Shown piece by piece: positions 10,890-24,218 of a DNA stretch of 64,000 nt. Origin of the DNA: Takakia lepidozioides (taxonomy: Eukaryota > Plantae > Bryophyta). The notes beneath the pieces were generated by a model. It saw only the letters and a list, made by a program, of their open reading frames with translations, did not search any database and was not told the DNA's origin. The DNA lies in NCBI GenBank assembly GCA_030704615.1, contig CM060732.1:24924001-24988000 (forward strand), read 5' to 3'. Numbering within the stretch: the first letter of the stretch is position 1; each line of letters starts with the position of its first letter. The position numbers were made by a program, and so were the translations under genes.

Positions 10890-13336
10890 ATGGAAGGCAT
10901 GGGAGCACCAGGCGCCCAGCTCGATCGACCTGGAGCCGTTTGGTGGGCTTGGGATGGTGTGCTGCTGCTGGTGTTGGCAGCTATAATCGGCGCTGCTGCT
11001 GTGCACTCTCTTTTCACGAGGAATCCAAGGAGGCTACCTCCTGGGCCACGGCCGTGGCCCATCCTGGGTAGTCTTCCACTTTTGGGTGAGCTTCCCCACC
11101 AGGCATTGGCACGCCTGGCTCAGAAATATGGCCCTGTCATGTATCTGCGGCTCGGCTCCACCCCCACTGTCGTTGTATCCTCCCCAGACATGGCCAGAGA
11201 GTTTCTCCAAACGCTGGACCATATATTTTCTAACCGGGCAAACACTAATTTGACTGCCTACCTACACCATTCCAAGAACATTGCGTTTTCTAATGGGGCC
11301 TATTGGCGACATCTGCGCAAGACATGCATTCTGGAGCTCTTGACTCCAACATGCCTGGCATCGTTTCGGAATGCAAGGACAGAGGAGGTGACTGCAACGA
11401 TGAAGGCCATCCTCGAAGAGTCCAGAGAGGGGAAAGTGGTGGACCTTCACTCCAAGCTGTGGTCTCTCACCTGTACAAACATGACACGCATGCTTTTCAA
11501 CAAAAGGTTGAACACAATCTGTGCAGATGTCGTTACATTTTGATTTCCTGGTGAATAGAGGATCGAAGGCTGAAGTTAAAAGTCGCAGACTCAATTGTGC
11601 ATTCTTTGTATACCTGATTCTTGAGAGCACTTGCTCTTTAGTGGGACTACAGGCATCTTTGGTTTCAGTATGCTACGTATCAGTTCATTACGTAATATGA
11701 GTGCCAATCAATTGGAGATCATGAAGCCTCAGCCACAGACATGTCAATGTACCCGCGCGGAGTGAAATGAATCTAGTAAAAGTAATAAACATTCCATCAG
11801 CTCGAAACTACTTGAGCACTCGAGATACATGTCGAGGATGTCGTCGCTGTCAAATCCTGATCCAGTTCGCAGAGCGTTGGCAGGGCAGGGAAAGTCACAC
11901 ACCTAGATTTTACTTTTAAATTTTTGTCCCATTGTGATTCATGAGACATCCTCTGACACGATCAGACAGTCCATCTGAATCGGCGTAATAGAGTTTCTTC
12001 CGAACAACCATGCAACAGTTGTAATCTGTCATGCAAGCATGTTAGACAATGTGCTGCACAAGTACGATGTGAATATTGCACGCCTTTCCAGTCACCAATT
12101 AAATCTGAAGAAATACGCCCGTATTGATCCTACTTGAGCAGGTACTTCGGATTGGGGGTGGAAGGTCAGAAGGAGGCGCAAAGCTTTAAGATACATATGG
12201 ACAAGATAGTCTACTGGTTTGGGGCGTTCATCATCGGTGACTTTAACCCCTCCTTACGGTGGCTGTCGAAGTTGCAAGGCATCGATGCATCTTTGAGGAA
12301 GGTGGACGCTGAAGTCACCAGATTTTATCAGCACGTCGTCGAGGACCACAGAGAAGCTGCAACGAAGGGACGGGGGAGTAGTTATCAGCCATCAACAACA
12401 TCAACAGACTTTGTTGATGTCCTCCTCACCATGCGTACAGAGGATGGACGTGACCAAATCTCTGACGAAACGATACGGCTTGTGCTCATGGTAAGCTTTA
12501 GATAGGTCAGTCTCCTGAATTGGAGCACAGTTCAGTACATCAGCCGGGGGCAAGGTAGTTTTCCTGTCGATGCACTCGAGCGAGCAACATTTTGTGGGGT
12601 TCTCATAATCAGGACCTCCTGCATGCAGAAACTTGGCTGGTGAAGATTGGTTGAATTCCAGCTCACAAAAAAGAACTTAACGTGCGTGCTTTTGTGCATG
12701 TAGGACATGATGAATGCTGGAACAGACACATCCTCGGTGACAACAGAGTGGGCCATGGCCGAGCTGTTGCGCCACCCCGATGTGATGAAGCGCGCACGAA
12801 CTGAGCTGGATGCTCTGGTGGGAGCAAGTCGCTGTGTCCAGGAGTCAGACATCCCACATCTGAAGTACCTACAAGCTATAGTTAAGGAAGTCTTACGCCT
12901 CCACCCCCCGGCTCCACTCTTGATTCCCCACGAGTCTAGTGAGGAATGTCAAGCGGCGGGCTATAATCTCCCGGCAAAGACCCGACTATTCGTCAACGTG
13001 TGGGCTATTGGGCAAGATCCTTCCACATGGAACAGACCCTTTGCGTTTGAACCTGAGAGATTTATGGATCAGCATCCTGACATTGATGTCAAAGGCCATG
13101 ACTTTCAGCTTTTGCCTTTTGGGAGTGGGAGAAGGGGATGCCCAGGAATCTCTCTGGGACTACTTATGGTTCAGATAACCCTAGCTCGCCTTCTTCACAG
13201 CTTCAATTGGTCTCTACCAAACGACCAAGACCCCAACACTTTGGACATGTCGGAGGTGTACGGACTCACACTTCACAGGAAACAACCACTGCATGTTGTG
13301 GCACACCCTCGCTTGGCTGCCCATTTATACGAGTGA
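10890..13336 (+). CDS. Cytochrome P450, CYP71 clan (A-type), ~532 aa; exons 10890-11506, 12142-12490, 12704-13336
   Basis: N-terminal TM anchor, LPPGPRPWP hinge, WxxxR, AGTDT I-helix, EVLR, PERF and FGSGRRGCPG heme motif; GT-AG introns with consistent phases. Confidence 0.95.
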
Positions 13337-14399
13337 ATTTTCGCTTTACCAACGTTCGGTTAGCTCGCTGCATTCTGCCGAAGGAGAATGAGAAAACACA
13401 TTGAATGGTTTTGACTGACCAGTGGTTAAGGTTCGTGCTTACGTAGGATCATTGAACGCGTTTATAGTATATACCCTAGACTTACGTTCGACGAATACGT
13501 TCTGGACAACGTCAGACACTTCCCAGGTGCTTTGGAGCTTATTAATCGCTCACATACCTCCGGTCCGACCTTCAGGTGTACGTCAGTACCTTGAGGTTAC
13601 CTTGAGGTTGACCGGCAGAGATGCCTATCAATTCCGGTGCTTCCTCTCTCTCATTCATGGCCTCCTACTAAGTTAGTAAGTCTCCTGAGTTCATTCTTAG
13701 TTCTTCTACGTTTTTTGCACGCCAATGTTTTCGAGTACGCTCCATTCTCGGAGGTGCTGAAAAAAACGCGTACTCCGTAATTCTGTGCCTTAGCGAATAA
13801 TCCCCTCGTCTTCATTGCCTCTTCTCCAGAGACCTGCAGGCTATGTAACTTGCAATTAAAGAATACCAATCAGAGTCTTGATATAAAACTGATCCGACTT
13901 TAGTACGCTGGATAAATTCTGGAATTTCATTCTGTAGTGAATAGACAAAGAATAAGGGGCCCAGTCATTCAGGCTTGCCCATTTCAGTTTTTCGTAACGA
14001 AGATTATGGTACAATCGTTGCAATTAGTTTTGCAATCAATGAATTTTTTCAAGAGATCCTGAAATGTAGCAACAAGCCTGCCCATTCCTCCTCTCCTCCT
14101 CAGTGTGGATCTTCATCACGAGTGTTTGTCTGTGGCTCGCGAGTAGAGAGTCTGGGAGGTGGTCAGGAAAGAGCTTGTGGTGGATGGATAAGTTAGTGCT
14201 TCCCAAAATGCACTGTGTAGAGGTCCCTGCGTGCAGGACTTGCAGATGACAACGCAGCTTTGGACATGGTGCTGACAGGCCAGCTAACTTCTCCAACCAG
14301 CCTTAATTGCGACGGTGCAGCGGCCTTTGGAAAACGGTCTTCAGCTTACGAAAAGTAGTAAGTGAACATTTAATTAGTAAGAAGTTAGTCGGTATGGAC

Positions 14400-15405
14400 C
14401 AGTGTTGTGCGGTTCTTGCCATATCGAAGGAAACGCAGGTTCCGGTTCCTTGGTATATTTAAAGAGGCGGTTCCGGATCTGGTTCTTTTTTATGAAGCGG
14501 TTCCGGTTCCGGTTCCAAAATTCATGAGCAGATTCCAGTTCCGGTTCTGGATTTTTTTTGGGAAGGAACCGCCGGTTCCAGTTTCCGGTTCCAGTTCATA
14601 TATATTAATTTTTTGATCGTTTTTTTTAAAATCTGAAAATGATTTGTGAATCCCTATTAGTTATATCAAATATTCTGACCATGTTGAAAAGAAACAACAC
14701 AACATTCATATACAAATTTATGAAATAATAATACAATATAAGTGAGTATAAATCAATGTGTAGAGTACACAAAGAAATCATTCTATCTCAAACAACTCGT
14801 CCTCTACAATCAACACCTGCCCCACGCTGCTCCCTCCCCCGCGCCGATGCTCGCGCTGCTGCAGCACATCGCACAGGTGGGAGGTGTGAGGTGTGAGACC
14901 ACAAAACCAGGAAAACCCTAAAAAAAAACGCTGCTACCGAGCCCTGTGTTGCTACGCTGCTCCCTCCCTCCCTCCAGCGCTGAGGCGCTGCTCCCTCCCC
15001 CAGGCACTGGGGCGCTGCTCCCTCTCCCCCGCCCCCAGGCGCGCTGCTCCCTCCTCCCCCAGCTGTTATGCGCTGCTCCCTCCCTGCGCTGAAGTCGCGC
15101 TACTGCAGCAGATCACGAAGATTGGAGGTGAGAGACGACAGATCGCGGAAAAAAAAACAAAAAACAAAAAACAAACCCTAGTGCAGGAACCGGATCCGGA
15201 ACCGCCACTGACCCCCGGTTCCGGTTTCCAGCCGGTTCCTGGAAAAACCCGTACCCGCCGGTTCCGGTTCTGGAACCGGCTCATCCCTGCTCCCCCAGTC
15301 CGGTTCCGGTTCCTGGGTGCTGGTTCCGTTCCAGTACCGGTTCCCAAGAACCGGAACTGGAACCTCCAGTTCCAACCCACCTAAGCGGGTACCTGCACAA
15401 CACTG
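14400..15405. mobile_element. Non-autonomous hAT-type element
   Basis: TIR CAGTGTTGTGC/GCACAACACTG; perfect 8-bp TSD GTATGGAC (14392-14399, 15406-15413); GGTTCC subterminal arrays. Confidence 0.92.
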
Positions 15406-15529
15406 GTATGGACAGATATATGTAGAGTCCTATGTTGGATTAGTGAGTGCCTACGCGGAGACCTAGGGGCCGATAGATGTCAGCCAGTAAAAGGTCCTTG
15501 ACATTTGTATCTTGACCACTCAATGCATG

Positions 15530-15975
15530 GACATGAGCTCGGAGAAAGTCATCACCAAGCCGATCATATGTTGTTTGCCAGGAGCTTTAAACACTTGATC
15601 TCAACTTGGGACACTATTCCACTCCCCAGTCCCGATATAGACTATTGAGAACCTAACAATAAGGCTTCTCAAAGAAGAGACTTTGAACAAATCACAAAGT
15701 CATTGAAGATGGGAATGACAAGGCCTTCTTGTTAGCAATAATGGAGGCAAATCTGGGAGTACTAGAAGGTTGACTTTTGAAGAGACGAAGAAGAGAGCTA
15801 AGAAGATCGAAAAGCTTAAAAGAAGACTCGATGTAACTTATGTAGGGAGAGAGGACATTGGGGAGAGGGAATGCCCCAAGAAAAGATTTGATGATGGTCG
15901 GAAGCAAAACAAGGCAAATGTCTCACTAGGTGAAAGTGCGATATTTGTGACTGAAATGGGGGTTGGTATTATGTA
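15530..15975 (+). pseudogene. Ty1/copia gag remnant
   Basis: TIENLTIRLLKEE, and a decayed zinc knuckle (TYVGREDIGERECPK). Confidence 0.5.
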
Positions 15976-16118
15976 AGCAGAACAGAATAAAATCAAAACA
16001 GAATAAAATCATAAGCGGGTATAGAGGACTGGTGCATTTGTACGGTTCATCTGCGCCAATTCAGCGAGGCGAAACCACTAGTAGTGTAGCCAGAAACCCT
16101 AAATCCATAGCGGCAACA

Positions 16119-16272
16119 GTGAATTTTGCATTGAGAAATACTTGGTGATATGAGCACAAACTAAGCAGCGGTGAATTTCGCATCGAGAAATACTTGGTGA
16201 TATGAGCACAAACTAAGCAGAGGTGAATTTCACATTGAGAAATACTTGGTGATATGGGCACAAACTAAGCAG
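16119..16272. repeat. Tandem repeat, ~52 bp x3
   Basis: GTGAATTTYRCATYGAGAAATACTTGGTGATATGAGCACAAACTAAGCAG repeated three times. Confidence 0.93.
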
Positions 16273-16550
16273 AAAAAACCACGCCTATAGGGTAACATGT
16301 TCATCAGGTATAGGGGCTTTATGGTGTTAGTTCCACATAATTATTAGTTTCGCCAATTTAAAGACGTGTGGTATGCAAATGGAGATGCTAGCGAGCAAAC
16401 AACAAACTTGAGAGGAGTTGGTGTAAGCATGAAAGATGTCGAGCCACGAACATGGCATGCACTTGTTGCAGACAACCGCAAATATTGGTCGAAGGAGTTG
16501 ATGATATAAGATATATAGTGCATTGTTGGAGACAAATGGGAGGAGGCAAC

Positions 16551-19399
16551 CACTCTTGGGCAGTTCTCTTGTTTTCGATAGAACCTGTAGGGTAGGTTCT
16601 ATCTTGTGGAAGGTAAATAGAGAACCTGGGGCCGGGTTCCTAAAAATATGGAGAGTTACAGAATCTACGGTGCAGGGTATATCTATTAGTTTCATTTTCA
16701 TGGGTTTTATATTGGTTCTTTAATGCAATTATCCGCCAAATCTTGTGCTTGTGTATATGGGTAGAGAACCGTATAGAGAACCGGGAGATGACCCGGTTCC
16801 CTCCCGGTTCTGAATTCAAAAGTTGTTATGGACAGAATAAATAAAAAATGTGCATGTATGAGAAAGAATCCAACTGGGCCACAATTGTTGTAATTAACGT
16901 AGGTAAATAATTAAGGTCATTTTATAGCACTGCTAACACTGATCTTCCTCTAGATTAGGCCTGTTGGCATTCAGTTCTAGCATTTTCAGTACTCTCTTAT
17001 CTTCCTCCAGGTTGCCACGTTTTGTTGAGTTTGTTGAGTTTGTTGACTTTGCACGTTGCTTGTAGTGGCGGTAGAACTAGAAGAAGCCATTGTTACGAAG
17101 ATACGAAATGAATCCTGCTCTATACTATGCCTAGCAGCTAGTAGACACAATGCAGGCTTGAGATGAACAAAGCAAATATGAGAGATTGAAAATTTACAAA
17201 GGGCTTGATCTTCCCAGCACTCGTAGTGCGTAGACCTGCCGTCTCTCTATTCTGCTAATCTTTGCAGTGCGTCCATTGAGCTTGTGAAACAGTTCAGCTC
17301 GTTATGTTGCTAACCTCCACCGCCGACGATCATTTATGGCACCGTCCTACGTATTCTAATATTTATAGATCTATGCAGGTGGCTCTGCTGACTTACGAAT
17401 ATAAGCACTATCTAGATTCGGTGCAGATAACGATTGACGTCGAGCAAGAATGAGCTGTACAGATATTGCAAACTAGCTATTCTTAACACTCCCACTCAGT
17501 GAATTCTTGCCAGACCGATATTCTTGTTCAAATCTACATGTCTGTCTCTTGCCATGGCTTTTGTGAAGAGATCAGCTACCATGTCCTGTGTCTTACAGTA
17601 TCTAAGATCTATTTTTGATCCTAGTTTGTCCCTGATAAAGTGAAACTGAATATCAGTATGTTTACTCCTGTTATGATGTACAAGATTCTTACATAAAGCC
17701 ATTGCACTTTGATTATCAGCATGGAGTACCATAGGGTGCTCTTGCTTGAATCCAATCTCTCCTAGAAATTGGCGTAGTCATATAGCCTCTTTGGTTGCAT
17801 GTGCCAAGGCTATGTATTCTGCCTCGGTAGTAGATAATGCAACTGTGCTTTGCTTCTTGCAACTCCAGCTAATGGCCCCATTACCAAGCAGTAGATTTCT
17901 GGTGGTCCAAGTCTCCTGCCCAATCAGCATCAGAGTAACCTGTGAGCACAACTTTTGAGTCCTCTCCATTGTAAATCAAACAGACATAAACAACTGAACA
18001 AAACAACCACTCAATTACGCAGCCTTTGAAGCCCCTACCCTCAAAACTTCGGAAGAGAGGATTTATCTTTGCCGATCTGAAATAAACAAGTAGATTTTTG
18101 AACTCAGTCAAACGCAAGCTAACGCCTTCTCCTAGATTGAAAATTTACAACTTAGGGCTTGATCTTCCCAACACTCATAGTGCGTAGACCCGCGTCTCTC
18201 TATTCTGCTAATCTCTGCACTGCGTCCGTTGAGCTTGTGAAACAGCTCGGCTTGTTATATTGCTAACCTCCACCGTCGACGATCATTTATGGAACCGTCC
18301 TATGTATTCTATATTTATAGATCTATGCAGATGGCTTTGCTGACTTACGAAGATAAGCACTATCTAGATAAGGTGCAGATAACGATTGACGTCGAGCAAG
18401 AACGAGCTGTACAGATATTGCGATCTAGCTATTTTTAACACGCTTACCTTAGATAACCGCCCTTATATCCAGGGTATCATGTGTCGGGTGCAGTTACTCT
18501 TACCCTTCCCTCTCATTCCAACACGCCATGGCGTCTCATACACCCCTTGCCCTCCCGTCTCTTGTTATGCACAAGCTGCTCATCACCCTCGCGCTTGGCT
18601 GTGACCATGCCATCACCATGATAGCCACATAGAGACGGATTGCTGCCTCACTGTCGCATTTCGTCTGCATGTAGGCAGGGGATTAGGGGGTAGGGAGATG
18701 TTTTGAGGTGGCTCCAATTTTTTTGGTTTGTCAGGTGTTGATCTTGCCTGCCAGTTATGCTCTGCACTGCGGCTAACTGCGGCTAAGCTCTCTAGCTGGA
18801 AAGAGATTATGAATGTGGCTTCTGAATAATTGCACTGTTGTTGTACCGTCAAACATAAAGAATGTACTCATAAGAGGTTGTTTGCTGTAGCCTTGTGGCC
18901 ATTGACCCCACGCCCAGTTTGAGCGGAACACAAAGGGACAGAAACTACCTTTGTCAGGGGTAGTATGACTTACCTTGAAACAGACAACTGATTCGAGTTT
19001 TTCAGATGTCCTCTAGAAATCCCTTCACACAAACATCAATCTACTCTGTGTGATTGGCCCAATAGCTAGACCCCGAAAGGGCCTGGGCTTTTGGCCAAGC
19101 CTCGAGATTTTCAAAGTTGGTAAACAGAGGTACAGGAACAGTTCCCTTCCCACATACAGGATGTGAAGAAGACAAGATGACCAAAGTGCCATATCAACGG
19201 ACTATTGGGAGTCTCATATATGCTTCTATATGTATACGACCCGATCTTGCTTTTGCACTGGAAATAGATTTTGGTATCCGCCGGTTCAATCTTGACTAGG
19301 GTATTTGAAACTCTAATACCCGAGGCTAATTAGGGGGTATATACCCGGGTCCAGAACCGGCGGTTCTTTCACCCAAAACCAGAGAACTGCCCAACAGTG
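16551..19399. mobile_element. TIR element (hAT-like, 8-bp TSD) containing nested Copia LTRs and other TE fragments
   Basis: TIR CACT(C/G)TTGGGCAGTTCTCT..GTTTT at both ends; TSD GAGGCAAC at 16543-16550 and 19400-19407; GAACC/GGTTC subterminal motifs. Confidence 0.88.
17091..18440 (-). mobile_element. Ty1/copia remnant: RNase H, PPT and LTR (17091-17488), plus a related partial LTR (~18134-18440)
   Basis: GYSDADWAGD, ISWSCKKQSTVALSTTEAEY, DNQSA, SKHTDI, ADLFTK; PPT GAGTGGGAG precedes an LTR with TGTTAA...TAACA ends. Confidence 0.9.
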
Positions 19400-19660
19400 G
19401 AGGCAACACTATCTTCATGTATTGTTTGTTCCACAATTGAATAATTTTTTTTTTTTTCAGTTGGATAGGCTGCAGATAGAGTCATTGCTACTATCTACAA
19501 GCGAGAATGGTGTTAGTGAAGAACGTCATGGTCGGGTGGTCATGACAAGTATTTGAAAGGGAAAGTTGTACCAGTTATAATTAAGGGTGATTAACGGACT
19601 CCCACCTACGCAAGCTTATGTAGTTGACGAGAGTGTTGTTACCACCAAATGAGTCGAAAC

Positions 19661-20311
19661 CAGTGTTGGACTGGTATCGTATTTTCAACACACCATGCTG
19701 GTATTGCTATATAGGCCTCTGGCTAATTGTGATACCAGGGAGGTATTGGTATTGGCAAAAATCTGAGATTTGGATACCATGGTGGTATCAATAATACATG
19801 ATTGGTGTGGTGTTTTACGGGTATCAATAGCAACAGTATTTAGAAACCAATACCAGGGTATTATCAATACTGGTCTAGTATCAAACAAATTCACGATATG
19901 GTAATATTGAAAGACCCACTTCTCATATAAATGTGTACAAAGCATGCTTCTCATTGAATATGAAGGCTCGATGGTACAATTACATATCACACCCCAAAGA
20001 CCTGATTTCTATTTTGCTTATTGAAAGTTGCATCCATATCATGCATAGTGTATAGTGCATATTGCACCCTCGATATTGATAGCTAGGTTTTCCTCACAAA
20101 AATGGATCTGATACTGGTATCAGGTACCAGATTTTCAACCACATCCCAGACTGGTAGGGTATTGTCCATAGTATTAGGAAGCAGATTTCAGGCCAATACG
20201 GGTATATGCTAGGTAATGGCCTGAGGTAATATCAAACTGGTATGGTACTTCATTCAAGTATACATATCAGTATTGATATCAATTTCCTATCGGTATCCCA
20301 GTCCAACATTG
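19661..20311. mobile_element. Non-autonomous hAT-type element
   Basis: TIR CAGTGTTGGACTGG/CCAGTCCAACATTG; TSD GTCGAAAC (19653-19660, 20312-20319); GGTAT repeats. Confidence 0.9.
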
Positions 20312-20738
20312 GTCGAAACCAGTAGAACATTGAAAGCTGTGGCATGTGAGGTTCGGCTACATTATTAACACCGTGCTGATTCAAATGACAAAAAGGTGCA
20401 TTGTGATCGACGATGGTGTGTAATCAATGCTCAAGAGGTTGGCACATGGGATACTTGACACCACCTTGAGAAGGTTCACGACGATAATTGGTTGTATCCG
20501 TGCTGCGTTGGATAATGGTAATGGATACAATCATGGAGGCCTTCAAGAAACATGCGATAAAGTTACTATGAGACTTATACACTAGATCCTCAGTTCAAGT
20601 TCATGAATTACAAGATAGGGACTAACGATGTGACTACACTTATACCCGGCCTCTTGATCTATTGAGTTTGAGTACAACGGAAAAAGTAGTAGAGAACCTA
20701 GCGACGTTATAACTATTATTACATCTTTGTAGGTATTT

Positions 20739-21413
20739 CTTGGGGGGGGTCACTCTTCGTATTTTTGAAACCACGCGAGAACATCTAGGGTGCAATTTAT
20801 TTTTTTGAGGTAAATTTTAGAAAAGTTTTACTTAGAAAATATGGTAAGACAATATCCTTACACCCATTTTTTTCTTATAAAGGTCACAAAAAATCCAGAG
20901 TTTTACTTAAAAAATTAATGTAATTAAGGGTTTTATCTACAGTATAATGTATCCATCCTTGTGAAGTTTCTCATATTTCATCCAGCTCTAATCCATCAAG
21001 ATGAAATCGGGTACAGGTCACCTGAAGTTCAAATATGATTCCAGTGGATTGATGTTGATGCCATACTTAACAGTGACTATGACCATCTCAAAACCTGTAC
21101 TCTTTAGATCCAAGTGATGCTGCGGCTTTGAATGAGTTCGTGGCTAATGAAAATTAAACTTTTTCTTGGGTCTGGCATTTGACTTGTTTGTGTATATGCT
21201 TTGAAATTTTGCAAATATTTAAAATGATAATTTAAAATATGGTCTAATTAATTGTTGCAAAAGAAAATTATATAGAAAAATAGGGTGTTAGAAAACAAAG
21301 GGTTTTATAATATTACCTAAAGAAAAAAATGATTTTTTTTAAAACATAACCTAGTATAAATATACTTTATACGCATGTGATATAAAAAAAAATACATATA
21401 GTGACCCCCTACG
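20739..21413. mobile_element. AT-rich MITE with 8-bp TSD
   Basis: GGGGGTCACT/AGTGACCCCC ends; AGGTATTT flanks both sides (20731-20738, 21414-21421). Confidence 0.75.
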
Positions 21414-21967
21414 AGGTATTTGGAGTTAGAGGGACCTAACCACCAGCTAAGGGGGTGATTGTGGCATACTAGTTTGTTGTGTGGTTTGGATAGCGATGTG
21501 GTTGTGTAACGATATGTATACGCACGACAATTACTCCTAACTTTGTAGATTGTTGATAAGACACTTAGATACTACGTATAAAAAGTTTATATCAAGTTTA
21601 TTATTTATTTATTTATTTTAGTTTAATGGCGTTTAAAGCGTCATGTAGTTGACACATATAATGGAGACAGATATATTATAAATAATTATTAATTTTGATA
21701 AATAACACTGAAAGATTTTAAGACCGTAACTTGATTGCTCAAAATCATAAAAAATAATCGTTTGTTGGTAAAAATGCAATAGGAAAAATAACTATGATTG
21801 GTCTTGACATCATAATCAAACTTTGATGAAACTTAAAGTTCACTAAATATTTTTGTGTTAAGCCATTTCATGTCGACAAGTGAGTTAACATGTTGACCAT
21901 TTTATGGAAGATAATAGGAATAATGTAAGAACTTAATGCACGCGTGTAACCTCTGATAGGATGGTCC

Positions 21968-22240
21968 GCCGGTTTTCGGCATGTCAAATCTTCCCCACCC
22001 TCTCTTGAGAGTGACATGGAACTTGTCAACTCCAGTCGGGGTTACATTGGGTTACACGACGAGGTGTGTAACTCCACTCGGGGTTACACAGAATGGAGTG
22101 TAACTCCAATCGGTGTAACCCCCACTTGGTCTCGAAATTTGACTTAGTCCAAATGCGGCTAAGTAAAATGGACTAACCAGAGTTACATGAGAACCGGGGT
22201 TACAGAGGGTTACACCATTGACTGGGGTTATACTACAGGA
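21968..22240 (+). repeat. TE terminal region related, in inverted orientation, to 9540-9859
   Basis: Both copies start CCGGTTTTYGGCATGTCA and share GGGGTKACA repeats and CCCACTTGGT..AAATTTGACT..GTCCAAAT. Confidence 0.7.
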
Positions 22241-22249
22241 GCCTCCCAT

Positions 22250-22316
22250 CAAGAATCGAACCCTGAACTTCGCCACCTGCAATGCCGTCACCTTACCGTT
22301 ACACTACCCACCACAG
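22250..22316 (-). mobile_element. tRNA-derived SINE-like head
   Basis: TAGTGTAACGG A-box and GGTTCGATTC B-box on the minus strand. Confidence 0.45.
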
Positions 22317-22989
22317 TTTGCAACCAACTTGGATTTTGAAGTACTAGGGCTTCGCGTTGCTCCGCACTACTAGCGACGAATTCTGAGAACTATTTCAATT
22401 TTCACAAAAAAGGGGTGGATCATCCCCATGGTGTTACATACATACATCCTCGATTTCATTGTTTTTCGGAAGAAGAATGGCGGAGTGTTGCCGAACCATC
22501 ATGTCACCTCTCCGTATTTCATTGTATCTATCTATCTATGCCCAAGAAGTGAGGGGAGTTGAACCCCCTTTTCTGCCCAATATGCAGATACTTCCACACC
22601 TGATGAGAGGACCTCAAATCCATTCACACTTGACAGCAGCGAGGCAACAGGATGAGAGCTTGTTCTGGAGGACTATGCATCAACAAATGCTTCAGAACTT
22701 GCAAGAAAAAAAACTAAAATTACAAGCTGGACCAGAGAGAAAGAGAGAAAGAGAGATAAAGAGAAAAACCAGTAGATCCACAAGGAGGAGAGTAAGTATA
22801 TCTTCCTCTCATTATTCACATGAGTTGTCCCTTAGTTGGGTGTAATTTCATTGATATTAATTGAACCAACATGACGGACCAAAAGCTCGTTTATGGGATG
22901 TTGGATGGTTACTGGAGGGAAGAGAAAAAGACCTCACTTTCTTGAAGGGGATTTCAGGAGAGTTTTTCGGCTTGTTTGAGATTGGCAGC

Positions 22990-24218
22990 TCAAGTAGTTA
23001 CCCCCAACCTTGAACTCCAACATGCGCAAACCGATGTTATAGCGGCCAACAATCTTTGAGATGAATTTGGTGGAGGTGTGGCAGTCACCACACACTCGAA
23101 GATTCTTGAAGACGGAGAGGCGTCCTAGGGGTCATGCTGATCAGCCCAAAAGCAATGGCCAGCTTCTCACTGTGGTGGCAAAGAGAAAATTATTTTTCCT
23201 CCTCCCCCACATCGCGCAATACAAAGCACATCTCATGCACATACCCCACCTCCTTCATCTGCCCAGGCAATCTTCTCAGCTCAGCATGGATTTCCTTAGT
23301 TCTGGGATGCAATTTGTCATCTACAACAAAGGTGTGCACCTTGTTGCCAACCTCAATGCAGTAGTGACCTGACACCTTTCTAACCCCTCTGACCTTCATC
23401 TCACCTTTGTAGTATCATCCCACCTGCTAGCTGCAGCATAGATGTTTGATAGCAACACATAAGTCGCGACATCCTGTTCATCCCACTTGAGGATAGATGT
23501 TGCCGCACGTTCAGCCATCTCCACATTGCCGTGGATTCTGTAGGCACCAAGCAAGGCCTTCCACACCACAACATCTGGATTGATTGGCATTTTATTAAAC
23601 AGGTCCACTACCTCATCCAGATGTACCGCACGTCCAAGAAGGTCCACCATGCAGCCAAAGTGCTTTACCGTCGGAGTGACACCATGATCTTGACTCAGGG
23701 AATCAAAGTAGCGTCTTCCTTCATTCAGTAGGCCAGTGTGGCTGCATGCAGAGAGAACACATATAAACGTGATACAGTCTGGCTTCAAGCCGTTCTTTTG
23801 CATTCCTTCAAATAGTTGCAGGACCTCCCTATGACAACCATGTTGGGCATATCCTGCGATCATCGCATTCCACGACACCACATTTCGTTCAGCCATATTG
23901 TCAAAGACTCCCTTTGCATCCTCAATGCACCCACATTTCACATGCTTGCGCAAGCATTGCAAACGCATACAAACGTGATGTGGTTGCACATCACCCCTTC
24001 CCCCATCATTTGCTCATAGGTCTCCAAGGCCTCCATCTCGCGCCCCTGCTGTGCATATCCTACAAGCATGGCGTTCCATGACGCCAAATCTCGTTCAGCC
24101 ATATTGTTGAACACTCCCTCCACATCCTCAATGCTCCCACATTTGGCATACATGTCCGAGGGTATTGTTCAGAATCACATATGGTACATTTCCAGCTTTG
24201 GAGATGCAACCATGCACC
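22990..24218 (-). pseudogene. PLS-E-DYW pentatricopeptide repeat (RNA-editing factor) pseudogene, 5' truncated
   Basis: MYAKCGSIED, VVSWNAMIAG, CMVDLLGRA, YVLLSNIYA, PG-box-like SGHYCIEV, HSEKLAIAFG and [10 protein letters not shown]; several frameshifts and stops. Confidence 0.92.

Noticed and set aside
14893-15384. ORFs in GGTTCC repeats, and the GC-rich ORFs at 24360-25350
   Set aside because: Artefacts of subterminal repeats.
9540-22240. Giant element carrying the P450, bounded by related repeats at 9540-9859 and 21968-22240
   Set aside because: The termini face outward, so they do not enclose the interval.
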